This document shows positions 1-8,458 of a stretch of 33,764 nt of DNA, one piece after another (the stretch's first letter is position 1; every line of letters starts with the position of its first letter). This DNA comes from Nitriliruptorales bacterium. GTDB lineage: Bacteria > Actinomycetota > Nitriliruptoria > Euzebyales > Egibacteraceae. The DNA is taken from assembly GCA_007126835.1 (NCBI GenBank), contig SLAO01000059.1, forward strand, positions 1-33,764, in the 5' to 3' direction. The translations under genes were made by a program, and so were the position numbers. The notes beneath the pieces are model-generated. The model was not told the origin of the DNA. It searched no databases and worked only from the letters and a program-made list of their open reading frames with translations.

Positions 1-1
1 C

Positions 2-277
2 CTGGAGCCGTTCGCCGAGGTGGCTCACCGCCTCTCGGACGTCCTGGGAGACCATCACGACCTCTCGGTGCTGGCCCGGACCGTCGAGCAGACCGACGTC
101 GACCTTTCCACCCGCGCGCGCGATCGGTTGGAGCGGCGTCTGGGCGATCGCCGCGAGGAGCTGCGTGGGCAGGCATGGGACCTTGGCCTCCGGCTCTACG
201 GCCCGAAGCCCAAGGCCTGGACGGGAGTCGTCGGTTCGTGGTGGGTGGCCACCCGTCGCGTCCGCGGCACCTCCTGA
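2..277 (+). CDS. C-terminal fragment of a CHAD-domain-like protein (5' end lies outside the window)
   Basis: The frame is open from the window edge to the stop at 275-277. The sequence is helical and Arg/Leu/Asp-rich, and 'LGDHHDLSVL' resembles the conserved LGxxxDxxVL segment of CHAD domains. Codon third positions are GC-rich. Confidence 0.45.
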   Translation: MEPFAEVAHRLSDVLGDHHDLSVLARTVEQTDVDLSTRARDRLERRLGDRREELRGQAWDLGLRLYGPKPKAWTGVVGSWWVATRRVRGTS

Positions 278-317
278 CGTGGCCGCCGGTCCGGTCCATG
301 AACGCACCTGAGCCGCC

Positions 318-1859
318 GTGAGCCAGCCCGCACGTGAGCAGTGGGGAACCCGCGCGGGGTTCCTGCTGGCCGCCATCGGCTCGGCCATCGGGCTGGGCAA
401 CATCTGGCGCTTCCCGGCAGTGGCCTACGACAACGGCGGCGGGGCCTTCTTCCTCCCCTACGTGTTCGCGCTCCTGACCGCCGGCATCCCGCTGCTGGCG
501 CTCGAGTACGCCATCGGCCATCGTTTCCGGGGCTCGGCGCCCCTGGCCTTTCGGAGGCTCCACGCGCGAGCCGAGTGGCTGGGCTGGTGGCAGATCGCCA
601 TCAGCCTCGTGATCGCCTCGTACTACGCGGTCATCGTCGCCTGGGCCGGCAGCTACACGGTCTTCGCAGCCACAGAGGCCTGGGCTGACGACCCCGAGGA
701 CTTCTTCTTCGGCAGCTATCTCCAGCAGACAGCCGAGGCGGGGGCTCTGGGCGGTCTCGTGCCCGCGGTGGTCGTCCCACTGGTCGCGGTGTGGGCGGTC
801 GTGTTGATCGTGCTGCTGCGCGGGGTCCGCCGGGGGATCGAGCTCGCCAACCGCATCATGATCCCCACGCTGGTGATCACCTTCCTGGTGCTGGTCGTAC
901 GCGCGGTGTCCCTGCCCGGCGCCGCCGGCGGCCTTGACGCCTTCTTCCGTCCGGACTTCGCCGGCTTGTTCGATCCTGCCGTCTGGGTGGCGGCGTATGG
1001 GCAGATCTTCTTCTCCCTGTCGATCGCGTTTGCGATCATGATCACCTACGCGAGCTATCTCCCGCGCAGGACCGACCTGACCGGGTCTGGGATGATCGCC
1101 GGCTTCGCGAACGCCTCGTTCGAGCTGCTGGCGGGCATCGGCGTGTTCGCGGCGCTGGGGTTCATGGCAGCCACGCAGGGCATCGCCGTCGACGAGGTGG
1201 TCGCCGACGGCATCGGGTTGGCGTTCGTGGTGTTCCCGGAGATCCTGTCGACCTTCCCGGCGTTGCAGGGCCTGTTCGGTGTCCTGTTCTTTGGCTCGCT
1301 GCTCCTTGCGGGCCTGTCGTCGCTGATCTCGATCGTCCAGACGGTGGTGGCCGCCGTGGGCGACAAACTGGGCTGGCCACAGCGCCGCGCGGTGCTGGTG
1401 ACGGGCCTGCCGCTGGCGGCGGCCTCCCTGCTGTACGCGACGCGGGGCGGTGTCGCGTACCTCGACGTGGTGGACTACTTCATCAACGGCTTCGGGATCG
1501 CAGCCGCCGGTCTTGTCGAGGTGGTCCTGATCGCGTGGGTCCTGCGCACTCTGGATCGGCTGCGCAGGCACGCCGACGGCGTCAGCGACATGCGACTGGG
1601 TTGGTGGTGGACGATCGCTTTGGGGGTCGTCACCCCGGTCATGCTGGGCTACCAGTTGCTCGAGAACCTACGCACGGCCGTGCTGGCGGGATATGGCGAC
1701 TACCCCGTGGCGTTCCAAGCGGGCGCTGGGTGGGTCGTTGCCGCCGCGGTCCTGGTGGCAGGGTTGGCCCTGGCCCGTCAGGGCTGGCGGGCAGACGTGC
1801 TCCAACTGGAGGACTTCACCGTCGAAGCGGACCGCCGCTTCTTGAAGGATGCGTCGTGA
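318..1859 (+). CDS. Neurotransmitter:sodium symporter (NSS/SNF) family transporter, MetP-like
   Basis: The N-terminal signature 'WGTRAGFLLAAIGSAIGLGNIWRFPAVAYDNGGGAFFLPY' is the classic NSS TM1 motif. The 513-aa protein is polytopic and hydrophobic. Its stop overlaps the start of a small membrane ORF (GTGA). Confidence 0.9.
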   Translation: MSQPAREQWGTRAGFLLAAIGSAIGLGNIWRFPAVAYDNGGGAFFLPYVFALLTAGIPLLALEYAIGHRFRGSAPLAFRRLHARAEWLGWWQIAISLVIASYYAVIVAWAGSYTVFAATEAWADDPEDFFFGSYLQQTAEAGALGGLVPAVVVPLVAVWAVVLIVLLRGVRRGIELANRIMIPTLVITFLVLVVRAVSLPGAAGGLDAFFRPDFAGLFDPAVWVAAYGQIFFSLSIAFAIMITYASYLPRRTDLTGSGMIAGFANASFELLAGIGVFAALGFMAATQGIAVDEVVADGIGLAFVVFPEILSTFPALQGLFGVLFFGSLLLAGLSSLISIVQTVVAAVGDKLGWPQRRAVLVTGLPLAAASLLYATRGGVAYLDVVDYFINGFGIAAAGLVEVVLIAWVLRTLDRLRRHADGVSDMRLGWWWTIALGVVTPVMLGYQLLENLRTAVLAGYGDYPVAFQAGAGWVVAAAVLVAGLALARQGWRADVLQLEDFTVEADRRFLKDAS

Positions 1860-1978
1860 GCGGCGAGGCGATCGCGACCATGGCCGCCGGCATGCTGCTC
1901 ATCTGGGGTGGCCTGGCCGCCAGCGTTGCCCATGCCCTGCGCGCCTCTCGGCGCCGGCGCGACGACAGGAGCGGCTAG
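1856..1978 (+). CDS. 40-aa single-TM protein, MetS-like small subunit of NSS methionine/alanine importers (not listed as its own ORF in the track)
   Basis: GTG at 1856 overlaps the transporter TGA (GTGA). The product is VSGEAIATMAAGMLLIWGGLAASVAHALRASRRRRDDRSG. It has one hydrophobic helix with 'IWGGLAAS' followed by a basic tail, which is the pattern of MetS-type subunits encoded directly after NSS transporters. Confidence 0.55.
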   Translation: MSGEAIATMAAGMLLIWGGLAASVAHALRASRRRRDDRSG

Positions 1979-1980
1979 CG

Positions 1981-2583
1981 GTGGAGTTCTCCGAGGTGGT
2001 GCGCGGCCGGCGGATGGTGCGTCGCTACGACGGCAGGCCGGTCGACCCCGCGGCGCTGGACCGCATTCTCGAGGCCGCGTCCCGGGCGCCCAGCGCTGGT
2101 TTCGCTCAGGGGCAGTCGTTCGTCAGCGTCACCGACCCAGAGCTTCGTCGCGGGGTTGCCGGCTGCTGCGGCGAGGACCAGCAGGTCGCCGCCGGCCGCC
2201 CCCCCTGGGTCTCCTCAGCGCCCGTGCTCGTGGTGCCTTGTGTTCGGCCCGCCACTTACGCCGAACGGTATGCGGAGCCTGACAAGGGCGCGGCCGGACG
2301 GGCGGAATCGTGGGCGGTCCCGTTCTGGTGGGTGGACGGGGGAGCGAGTCTGATGCTGCTCCTGCTGGCCGCGGTTGACGAGGGACTGTCGGCCGGGTTC
2401 CTCGATATCGCCGATCGGGTGTGCCTGCGAGGTCTGCTGGGCGTTCCCGACGACGTCGAGCCGTTGGGTGTCGTCACGATCGGTTACCGCCATCCCGACG
2501 AACGCCCCGTCGGATCTGCAGTGCGGCGCGAGCGCAGGAACCAGGTTCACTCTGAGCATTGGGGAGGCACGTCGAGGACCTGA
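1981..2583 (+). CDS. Nitroreductase-family (FMN-dependent) protein
   Basis: GTG at 1981 lies immediately after the small ORF stop. 'VVRGRRMVRRYDGRPVDPAALDRILEAASRAPSAGFAQGQSF' is the typical N-terminal nitroreductase motif (R-R-S/Y ... P-S-A-G-N/F-x-Q). I trimmed the track ORF 1849-2583 to this start. Confidence 0.8.
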   Translation: MEFSEVVRGRRMVRRYDGRPVDPAALDRILEAASRAPSAGFAQGQSFVSVTDPELRRGVAGCCGEDQQVAAGRPPWVSSAPVLVVPCVRPATYAERYAEPDKGAAGRAESWAVPFWWVDGGASLMLLLLAAVDEGLSAGFLDIADRVCLRGLLGVPDDVEPLGVVTIGYRHPDERPVGSAVRRERRNQVHSEHWGGTSRT

Positions 2584-2660
2584 GGATGCTTCGAACATGG
2601 TGGGAGGCTGAACTAGACCGAAAATCCGTATTCGGCCTAGAGATCGCTGGGGGAAAGTGT

Positions 2661-2689
2661 TTGACATGAGATGAGAGATGGGGTACTGT
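2661..2689 (+). promoter_or_regulatory. Candidate sigma-70/SigA-type promoter for the HNH gene
   Basis: TTGACA (2661-2666), an exact 17-nt spacer, then TACTGT (2684-2689, fits TAnnnT). It sits in a visibly low-GC spacer about 30 nt upstream of the ATG at 2721, which has an AGGGG RBS. Confidence 0.4.
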
Positions 2690-2720
2690 TCGAATACAAG
2701 TTCGATCACAGGGGTAGCGG

Positions 2721-4733
2721 ATGGCCAAGGCAGGCGAGACGGGAGGCGTCTCGTCGCTGTGGGCGTCCGCGGGGGCAGCGTCTGAAAGCCGGCAGGCGCC
2801 GGTGGCCTCGGCCGCGGCGGCCGTTGACGGCGTGGCCGCGAAGTCCCTGGTCGCCCTCGCGAGCGCGATCGACGACATGGCGGGCACGGTGCTGTCGGGA
2901 GCGATCAGCGACGAAGAGCTGGTCGGTTCGGTGGGAGTGCTCCGTCGCCTGGAGGCGGTGATGGCCGCCGAGCGCTACCGACGCGTGGCCGAGGTCGACG
3001 CACGTTGCGCGTACAGGGTGGCGGGAGCCGGGTCGACCGAGACGTGGCTTTCGGAGGCCCAACAGGTCGCTCGCTCCGACGCCGCGGTGGAGGTGACCGT
3101 TGCTCGGGCTCTGTTGGAGCTGCCGGCCACGGCGGGGATGTTGGCGCGCGGTGAGATCGATGAGGCCCGCGCTCGCGTCGTGGGGACGGCTTGGCGTGAA
3201 GTGGCCCGCGAGACCGCCGCCGACGCCGAGGATGGCCCGGTGGGCGCTTCCGGCGATGACCGACAGCCTGACGGGGGAGCGGCACCAGGGGACGGGCCGC
3301 CCGGAGGCGCCGGCGGCGGCAACGACGCGCCGGGCGAGAGCGCACGGGCGGGTGGCGCTGGCGCTGCTGGTCGCGGTCCTGACGATGGCGGTGGCGCTCC
3401 CGTTGGCGAGGCCTGCGGTCCTGGTGGACCTGGCGTCAACGGTGACGGGGGCGGCGAGTGGTCTCGGGCAGACGAGGACGCCCGGGTGGCCGCGGCGGAG
3501 GCGGCGCGAGACCGCAATCGCGCGGCATTCGACAAGATGGTGGCGGGTCAAGCCGGTGACAAGGACCGCCATGGCGTCTCACGCGGGGTGAGACGGTGGC
3601 GGGATCGACAAGACCCCGACCGGCACGTCAGCCGGGCGAAGCGGGCGCATCGGCGTCGTGACCTGTGGATCGCCACCCAACGCGACGCCGACGGCACCAC
3701 GTTGATCAAGGGCAAGCTCGACGACGCCGGCGTGGCGAAGCTACGCGCCGCGGTCGACGCGCTGTCGCGGCCTGCGCAGGACGCCGAGCGCGCTCGAGAA
3801 GACAAGCGCACCCCGGGCCAGCGCCGTGCGGACGCGCTGGTGGCGTTGGCCGAGCGCTCCCTCGATGCCGGTGACCTGCCGTGGGTCGCGCGTCAGCGAC
3901 CCCACGTGCTGATGGTCACCTCGCCGGAGGGTCTCCACGGCATCGCCGGCGCGACAGCACCGCACCTTGACGGAGTCGGGGACATCGCCGCGGCGACTGC
4001 GCAGATGCTGTGCTGTGACGCCAGTATTGGCGAGGTGACGATCCGAAACGGCGAGGTGCTCGACGCCAAGCCGCGCCAGATGGCGGTGTCAGCTCGGCAG
4101 CGCGACGCGGTGCTAGCTCGGGACCGCCGCTGCGTCGGCTGCGGCGCTCGGGCGGCGCTGTGCCAGATCCACCACATCGTCTGGCTGTCCCGGGGCGGCA
4201 CCCACGACCTGTCCAACCTGGTGCTGGTTTGCTACGACTGCCACTTCCACATCCACCATCTGGGATGGCGGGTCGCCCGGCATGGCGATGGCGGCTACCG
4301 TCTCGACCGACCTCCAAAGCTGCGGTCGTCGGGTTCGCTGGGTGAAGACGCGAACGGCGACGACACGCTCGTGGGCGGAGACTCGGCAACCCGCAGGGAC
4401 GCCGCGGCTGATCGCGGCGCGAGAGACGGCGCCGACGGGAATCCCGAACCTGCCGAACCCCCCGAACCCGCACAGCGCGCCGGTGACCCCGGCGCTTCGG
4501 AAGGGGGGACGATGGCGGGAGGCGATGATGCCCGATCACGCCGCCCCAGACCGAGGTCGGGACCTACCCCAGATGACTCGGAGGCGCGGGCGTCCCGCGC
4601 CGGCCCCGGCAGACCGCGTCGGCGTCGCGGTCGGGGCAAGTCGAAAGCGCGTGACTCTTCCGAGCGCGCGCCCGCTGATCCCGTCGCCGAAGTCCCAGCC
4701 GAGCCAACGCTGTTCCCGGAAGGCCCTGGCTGA
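2721..4733 (+). CDS. DUF222 / HNH endonuclease domain protein (actinobacterial '13E12-type' family) with low-complexity insertions
   Basis: The N-terminal DUF222-like region reads 'SDEELVGSVGVLRRLEAVMAAERYRRVAEVDARCAYRVAGAGSTETWLSE...LPATAGMLARGEI'. The HNH motif reads 'DRRCVGCGARAALCQIHHIVWLSRGGTHDLSNLVLVCYDCHFHIHH'. There is also a Gly/Asp/Pro-rich insert and a roughly 130-aa disordered Arg-rich tail. Confidence 0.85.
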   Translation: MAKAGETGGVSSLWASAGAASESRQAPVASAAAAVDGVAAKSLVALASAIDDMAGTVLSGAISDEELVGSVGVLRRLEAVMAAERYRRVAEVDARCAYRVAGAGSTETWLSEAQQVARSDAAVEVTVARALLELPATAGMLARGEIDEARARVVGTAWREVARETAADAEDGPVGASGDDRQPDGGAAPGDGPPGGAGGGNDAPGESARAGGAGAAGRGPDDGGGAPVGEACGPGGPGVNGDGGGEWSRADEDARVAAAEAARDRNRAAFDKMVAGQAGDKDRHGVSRGVRRWRDRQDPDRHVSRAKRAHRRRDLWIATQRDADGTTLIKGKLDDAGVAKLRAAVDALSRPAQDAERAREDKRTPGQRRADALVALAERSLDAGDLPWVARQRPHVLMVTSPEGLHGIAGATAPHLDGVGDIAAATAQMLCCDASIGEVTIRNGEVLDAKPRQMAVSARQRDAVLARDRRCVGCGARAALCQIHHIVWLSRGGTHDLSNLVLVCYDCHFHIHHLGWRVARHGDGGYRLDRPPKLRSSGSLGEDANGDDTLVGGDSATRRDAAADRGARDGADGNPEPAEPPEPAQRAGDPGASEGGTMAGGDDARSRRPRPRSGPTPDDSEARASRAGPGRPRRRRGRGKSKARDSSERAPADPVAEVPAEPTLFPEGPG

Positions 4734-4803
4734 CGCCAGGCGCCTCGGCCCGACCGTGTCCAACCGCATCGGCGGCTACCGGGCGTGCGCGTATCGGCAC
4801 CTG

Positions 4804-4824
4804 GCCGCGGCCCCGCGGCTTTCT
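4804..4824 (+). terminator. Possible intrinsic terminator after the HNH gene
   Basis: GCCGCGG-CC-CCGCGGC inverted repeat (4804-4819) followed by TTTCT. It lies in the 127-bp gap between two convergent genes. Confidence 0.3.
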
Positions 4825-4860
4825 GGGCTTTCCTCGGACCGTGCCCGGCCCTACAGAGCC

Positions 4861-6246
4861 CTACAGATGCGACCAGTAGCCGCCGGGGGCGAACAGCTCG
4901 TCCACGCATTCGTCGAGCAGACCGGTCTCGATGGCCAGGTCCAACACCGTGTAGCGCGACCGGATCATCTGCGAGCGCCGGTACGTCGCTCGGAAGGCGT
5001 CGACGTCGAGGCCGATGTGGCCTGGTTCCGTCGGGCATCCGGCAGCGGCGAGCATGTCGCGCAGTTCATCGGGCGGCAGCAGCTGCTGGCCGAGGCGGTC
5101 GCGCAGCGTCGGCCAGGCGTTGGCCAGCCGCTTCAGACGCTCCCGGAGCTGGTCGGCGGTGATGTACTTCGCCGAGGTCTGCTTGACCGCGACCGCGCCG
5201 AGCAACGGATGGGCGTCGAGCACCGTGGCCTCCAGGTCGGCCGGGCTCGGCCACCGGTCACACACCGCATCGATGTCGATGGCAGCCAGGTCGCGGGCGA
5301 GCAGCCGCTCGTACAGCGCGGCAATCGCGATCGACCCGACCCCAACCTTGAAGCCGTGCGACAGCGGAGGGTCGTCGTCTCTGCCCAGCCCTTCCATCTC
5401 CCACAGGTGACTGAACTGATGCTCCGCACCAGACGCCGGCCGGGACGACGCATGGGCCTGCATCGCCAACCCCGACATGATCAAGCCCTCCACGAGAGCG
5501 CCGACCGCCTCGACATCGCCTGCGCGCAACTCGCTGGGTCGGCCGATGGACGCCCGCAGTGGACCTTGCACCAGCGACCACACCGATGTGTCGATCGCTT
5601 CGACGCCCAACGCGTCGGCGATGAGCCAGTCGGCGCCTGCGGGAACCTTGCCGAGCAGATCGCCGTACCCGTAGGCCGTCATCGGCGACGGCGCTGCCAC
5701 GAGCACGTCGAGGTCAGCGACGACAGCCCGCGGTGCGGGACACGACACGGTCTGCTTGTGCCCGTCCTTGGCCAGCGAGGCGCCAAACGACGAGTAGCCG
5801 TCCATCGAAGCGGCCGTCGCCACGGCCATGTACGGGCGCTCGGCTTCGTGCGCGGCGCGCTTGACGATGTCGTTCAACGTGCCGGCGCCCACCGCGACGG
5901 GGACCGCGTCGTGGGTCCGCAACGACTCCACCAACGGGCCCACGTTGTCGTAGCTGGCGTACAGCACGGGGCGCCCAGGGAACACGTAGGGCTCCACGCT
6001 GGGACGACCCTCCTGCGACAGCAGATCGGCGACCCGGGCGCCGGCGGCGTCCCACGTGTTGCCGTCAGCGACGATCACGACCGCGCGCTCTCCGAAGCAC
6101 CGGCCGAACACCGTGTTCACCGACGACAGCGCCCCCTGCGCGATGCGCACCTCATGGGTGTCGGTGGCGCCTTCGAGCGCCTTGCTGATCAGCTGGTCGT
6201 CCATCGCCTGCCCTTCGTCGTTGGCCGGGTCGGCGGAGCCTGGCAC
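4861..6246 (-). CDS. sn-glycerol-1-phosphate dehydrogenase-like (AraM/EgsA-type, DHQS/iron-ADH superfamily) polyol-phosphate dehydrogenase
   Basis: Nucleotide-binding 'VAVGAGTLNDIVKRAA', 'ATAASMDGYSS', and the metal-site motif 'SGAEHQFSHLWEM' typical of G1PDH-family enzymes. The start is either GTG 6246 or ATG 6204 (MDDQLISK, with a GAAGGG RBS). Confidence 0.75.
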   Translation of the reverse strand: MPGSADPANDEGQAMDDQLISKALEGATDTHEVRIAQGALSSVNTVFGRCFGERAVVIVADGNTWDAAGARVADLLSQEGRPSVEPYVFPGRPVLYASYDNVGPLVESLRTHDAVPVAVGAGTLNDIVKRAAHEAERPYMAVATAASMDGYSSFGASLAKDGHKQTVSCPAPRAVVADLDVLVAAPSPMTAYGYGDLLGKVPAGADWLIADALGVEAIDTSVWSLVQGPLRASIGRPSELRAGDVEAVGALVEGLIMSGLAMQAHASSRPASGAEHQFSHLWEMEGLGRDDDPPLSHGFKVGVGSIAIAALYERLLARDLAAIDIDAVCDRWPSPADLEATVLDAHPLLGAVAVKQTSAKYITADQLRERLKRLANAWPTLRDRLGQQLLPPDELRDMLAAAGCPTEPGHIGLDVDAFRATYRRSQMIRSRYTVLDLAIETGLLDECVDELFAPGGYWSHL

Positions 6247-6264
6247 CAGGCCCCGCCGACGGCG

Positions 6265-6726
6265 TCATCCCGTGGCCGAACCGCCGAGGTGGCGTTCTTC
6301 CACCGCGTTCATCTTCTCGACCTTTGGTGCGGAGCCTCCACCCTGGAACTCCGACTCCAGCCAGTGCTCCAGCACCAGCTCCGCAGCCTGCGGAGCGATC
6401 ACCCTGGCGCCCATCGTCAGGACCTGCGCGTCGTTTGACTTGCGGGCCCGCTCCGCCGAGTAGGCGTCGTGGGCCGTGGCCGCGCGCACGCCTGGCACCT
6501 TGTTGGCGGTGATCGCCATGCCGAGTCCGGTGCCGCAGACCAGCAATGCTCGATCGGTCTCCCCGCGCGCCACGCCTTCAGCAACCTTCTCGGCCACGTC
6601 GGGGTAGTCCTCACCCTCGCCGTTGCCGTAGTCCTTGACCTCGTGGCCGTGCTCGCGCAGGTACGTGACGAGGTGCTCCTTTAGTGGGGCGCCGGCATCG
6701 TCGGCGCCGACAGAGATGATCGCCAT
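6265..6726 (-). CDS. rpiB: Ribose-5-phosphate isomerase B / sugar-phosphate isomerase (RpiB/LacA/LacB family)
   Basis: 'MAIISVGADDAGAPLKEHLVTYL...ALLVCGTGLGMAITANKVPGVRAATAHDAYSAERARKSNDAQVLTMGARV' matches RpiB across the whole length, including the catalytic CGTG. A GAAGGAG RBS precedes the start. Confidence 0.9.
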   Translation of the reverse strand: MAIISVGADDAGAPLKEHLVTYLREHGHEVKDYGNGEGEDYPDVAEKVAEGVARGETDRALLVCGTGLGMAITANKVPGVRAATAHDAYSAERARKSNDAQVLTMGARVIAPQAAELVLEHWLESEFQGGGSAPKVEKMNAVEERHLGGSATG

Positions 6727-6760
6727 GGCAAGCTCCTTCGCGGGTTTCTCGTTTGCCGGT

Positions 6761-6799
6761 GGCGGCCGGCCCTGGCCTCACGGGGCGCAGCCGGCCGCC
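6761..6799 (-). other. Intercistronic GC hairpin between the FGGY kinase and rpiB
   Basis: Perfect 10-bp arms GGCGGCCGGC (6761-6770) and GCCGGCCGCC (6790-6799) separated by a 19-nt loop. It lies inside the 87-nt gap between the kinase stop and the rpiB start. Confidence 0.35.
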
Positions 6800-6813
6800 G
6801 TCGTTTCACGCTG

Positions 6814-8388
6814 TCAGCCGACGTGGTCCTCGCCGACGCGACGCACCACGCTGTGCACCAGGTCGCGCAGGGCGGGCCAGGTGTCGACGTAGTGGTCGAT
6901 GTAGAACTTGTATGTCTTGGTTCGCTGGGGATCGGGCTGGAACGTCTCGGTCTCGTGCACCATCGCCGCGGCGGCTTCCTCGACGCTGGGGAACACCCCC
7001 GCGCCGGCAGCGGCCAGGATCGCCGAGCCAAGCACCGCTGCGTCCCCGACCTTGGTCAGGGTCACGGGCACGCCTGTGACGTCGGCGTGCATCTGCGTCC
7101 ACACCCGGCTGTTGGTGGCGCCGCCAGCCGCGACGAACTGCTCGACGTCGAAGCCGGCGTCGGACATCGCCCGCAGCGTGTGAGCCACTCCGTAGCAGAC
7201 TCCTTCCTGGATCGCCCGGTAGACGTGCGCAGGGGAGTGGTGGAGGCTGAAGCCCCACATCACCCCACGGGCCTCCTGGTCGGTGTAGGGCGTGCGGTTG
7301 CCCTGCCAGTAGTCGAGCACGATCAGGCCCTCGGAGCCCGGGGGTATCTCGTCGGCCCGCTGGTTCATGATGTGATAGGGATCGACGCCCTCGGCCTCCG
7401 CCTCGGCGATGACGTCCTTCAAGAAGTTGTCCTTGAACCACTTCAGGACTGACCCGGTCGATACACCGCCACCCTCGACGGTGTGCTGGCCCGGCATCAC
7501 CGCCGACGGGTACGCGCCGAAGAACCCGCGCCCGCTCACCGACGCCGGGCTCTGGCCCGACAGCACGTGCGACGACCCGGTGATCAACGCCATCTTGCCG
7601 GGCTGGACGACGTTCAACCCGATCTGGGCGTGCCAGGCGTCGCCACCACCCTGCGCCACCGGCGTGTTGGGGGCCAACCCCAACTCCTCGGCGACGTCGG
7701 GCAGCAGACCGCCGACGTGCTCTCCGAGGTTCAAGACGTCGTCGGGCAGCTTCTCGAGCACGTCGCCGAGCCCGATCTCCTCGTAGAAGCTCGTCGGCCA
7801 CCCGCCGGTGTCGGCGTTGTAGTAGGCCCGCGTGCTGTTGGAGTTGATGTTGGCCGTCCAGCGGCCGGTCAGCCGGTACGTGATCCAGTCCGCACAGTCG
7901 ACTAGCCGGTGCGCGGCCTGGTAGACCTCGGGCTCCCGCTCCTTGAGCCACAGCGCCTTACAGGGGTACCACTCGGCGTTGACCGGCCCGCCGCCGTTGT
8001 AGGCCCGCGCAGGGTGGTCGGACTCGCCGATGCGCCGAGCCTGGTCGGTCGCGCGGACGTCCATCCACATGATCGCCGGTCGCAAGTGCTGGCCGTTTCC
8101 GTCGACGGCGACAAGCGTCAACGTGGTGGCGTCGTAGGAGATCCCAGCGATGTCTTGCGGGCTGACGCCGGTGCGCTGCATCGCGCCCCGAACCGACGAG
8201 ACGAGACCGTTCCACCAATCTGCAGGGTCTTGCTCCGCCCAGCCTGGATGTGGGTGGGTCAGTGGGTAGGGGGTGGCCTCGAAACCCAACGGTTGACCCT
8301 CGAGGTCGAACACGCCGACGCGCACGCTCTCGGTGCCCATGTCGATCCCGAGGACGTACGGTCCGCTGCTCTGTGCTGCGTCGGTCAT
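6814..8388 (-). CDS. FGGY-family carbohydrate kinase, pentulose (ribulokinase-like) type
   Basis: 'YVLGIDMGTESVRVGVFDLEGQP', 'GWAEQDPADWW' and the C-terminal 'VAAGGATNSRVWTQMHADVTGVPV' are FGGY N- and C-domain signatures. The size of about 524 aa fits pentulose kinases. I chose ATG 8388 because of the GGGAG RBS; the track start at 8412 has none. Confidence 0.85.
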   Translation of the reverse strand: MTDAAQSSGPYVLGIDMGTESVRVGVFDLEGQPLGFEATPYPLTHPHPGWAEQDPADWWNGLVSSVRGAMQRTGVSPQDIAGISYDATTLTLVAVDGNGQHLRPAIMWMDVRATDQARRIGESDHPARAYNGGGPVNAEWYPCKALWLKEREPEVYQAAHRLVDCADWITYRLTGRWTANINSNSTRAYYNADTGGWPTSFYEEIGLGDVLEKLPDDVLNLGEHVGGLLPDVAEELGLAPNTPVAQGGGDAWHAQIGLNVVQPGKMALITGSSHVLSGQSPASVSGRGFFGAYPSAVMPGQHTVEGGGVSTGSVLKWFKDNFLKDVIAEAEAEGVDPYHIMNQRADEIPPGSEGLIVLDYWQGNRTPYTDQEARGVMWGFSLHHSPAHVYRAIQEGVCYGVAHTLRAMSDAGFDVEQFVAAGGATNSRVWTQMHADVTGVPVTLTKVGDAAVLGSAILAAAGAGVFPSVEEAAAAMVHETETFQPDPQRTKTYKFYIDHYVDTWPALRDLVHSVVRRVGEDHVG

Positions 8389-8458
8389 GGTTGCGCTCCC
8401 TTGTTGCATCATCCCGTAGGTTTCGCGGCGGCGCGGCGCGCCTACCGCGTGGAACTGA

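Noticed and set aside
2721-4733. HNH protein as part of a prophage, restriction-modification or other multi-gene defence locus.
   Set aside because: The window contains no integrase, terminase, methyltransferase, helicase or att-like long repeats around it. It appears to be a solitary DUF222/HNH gene.
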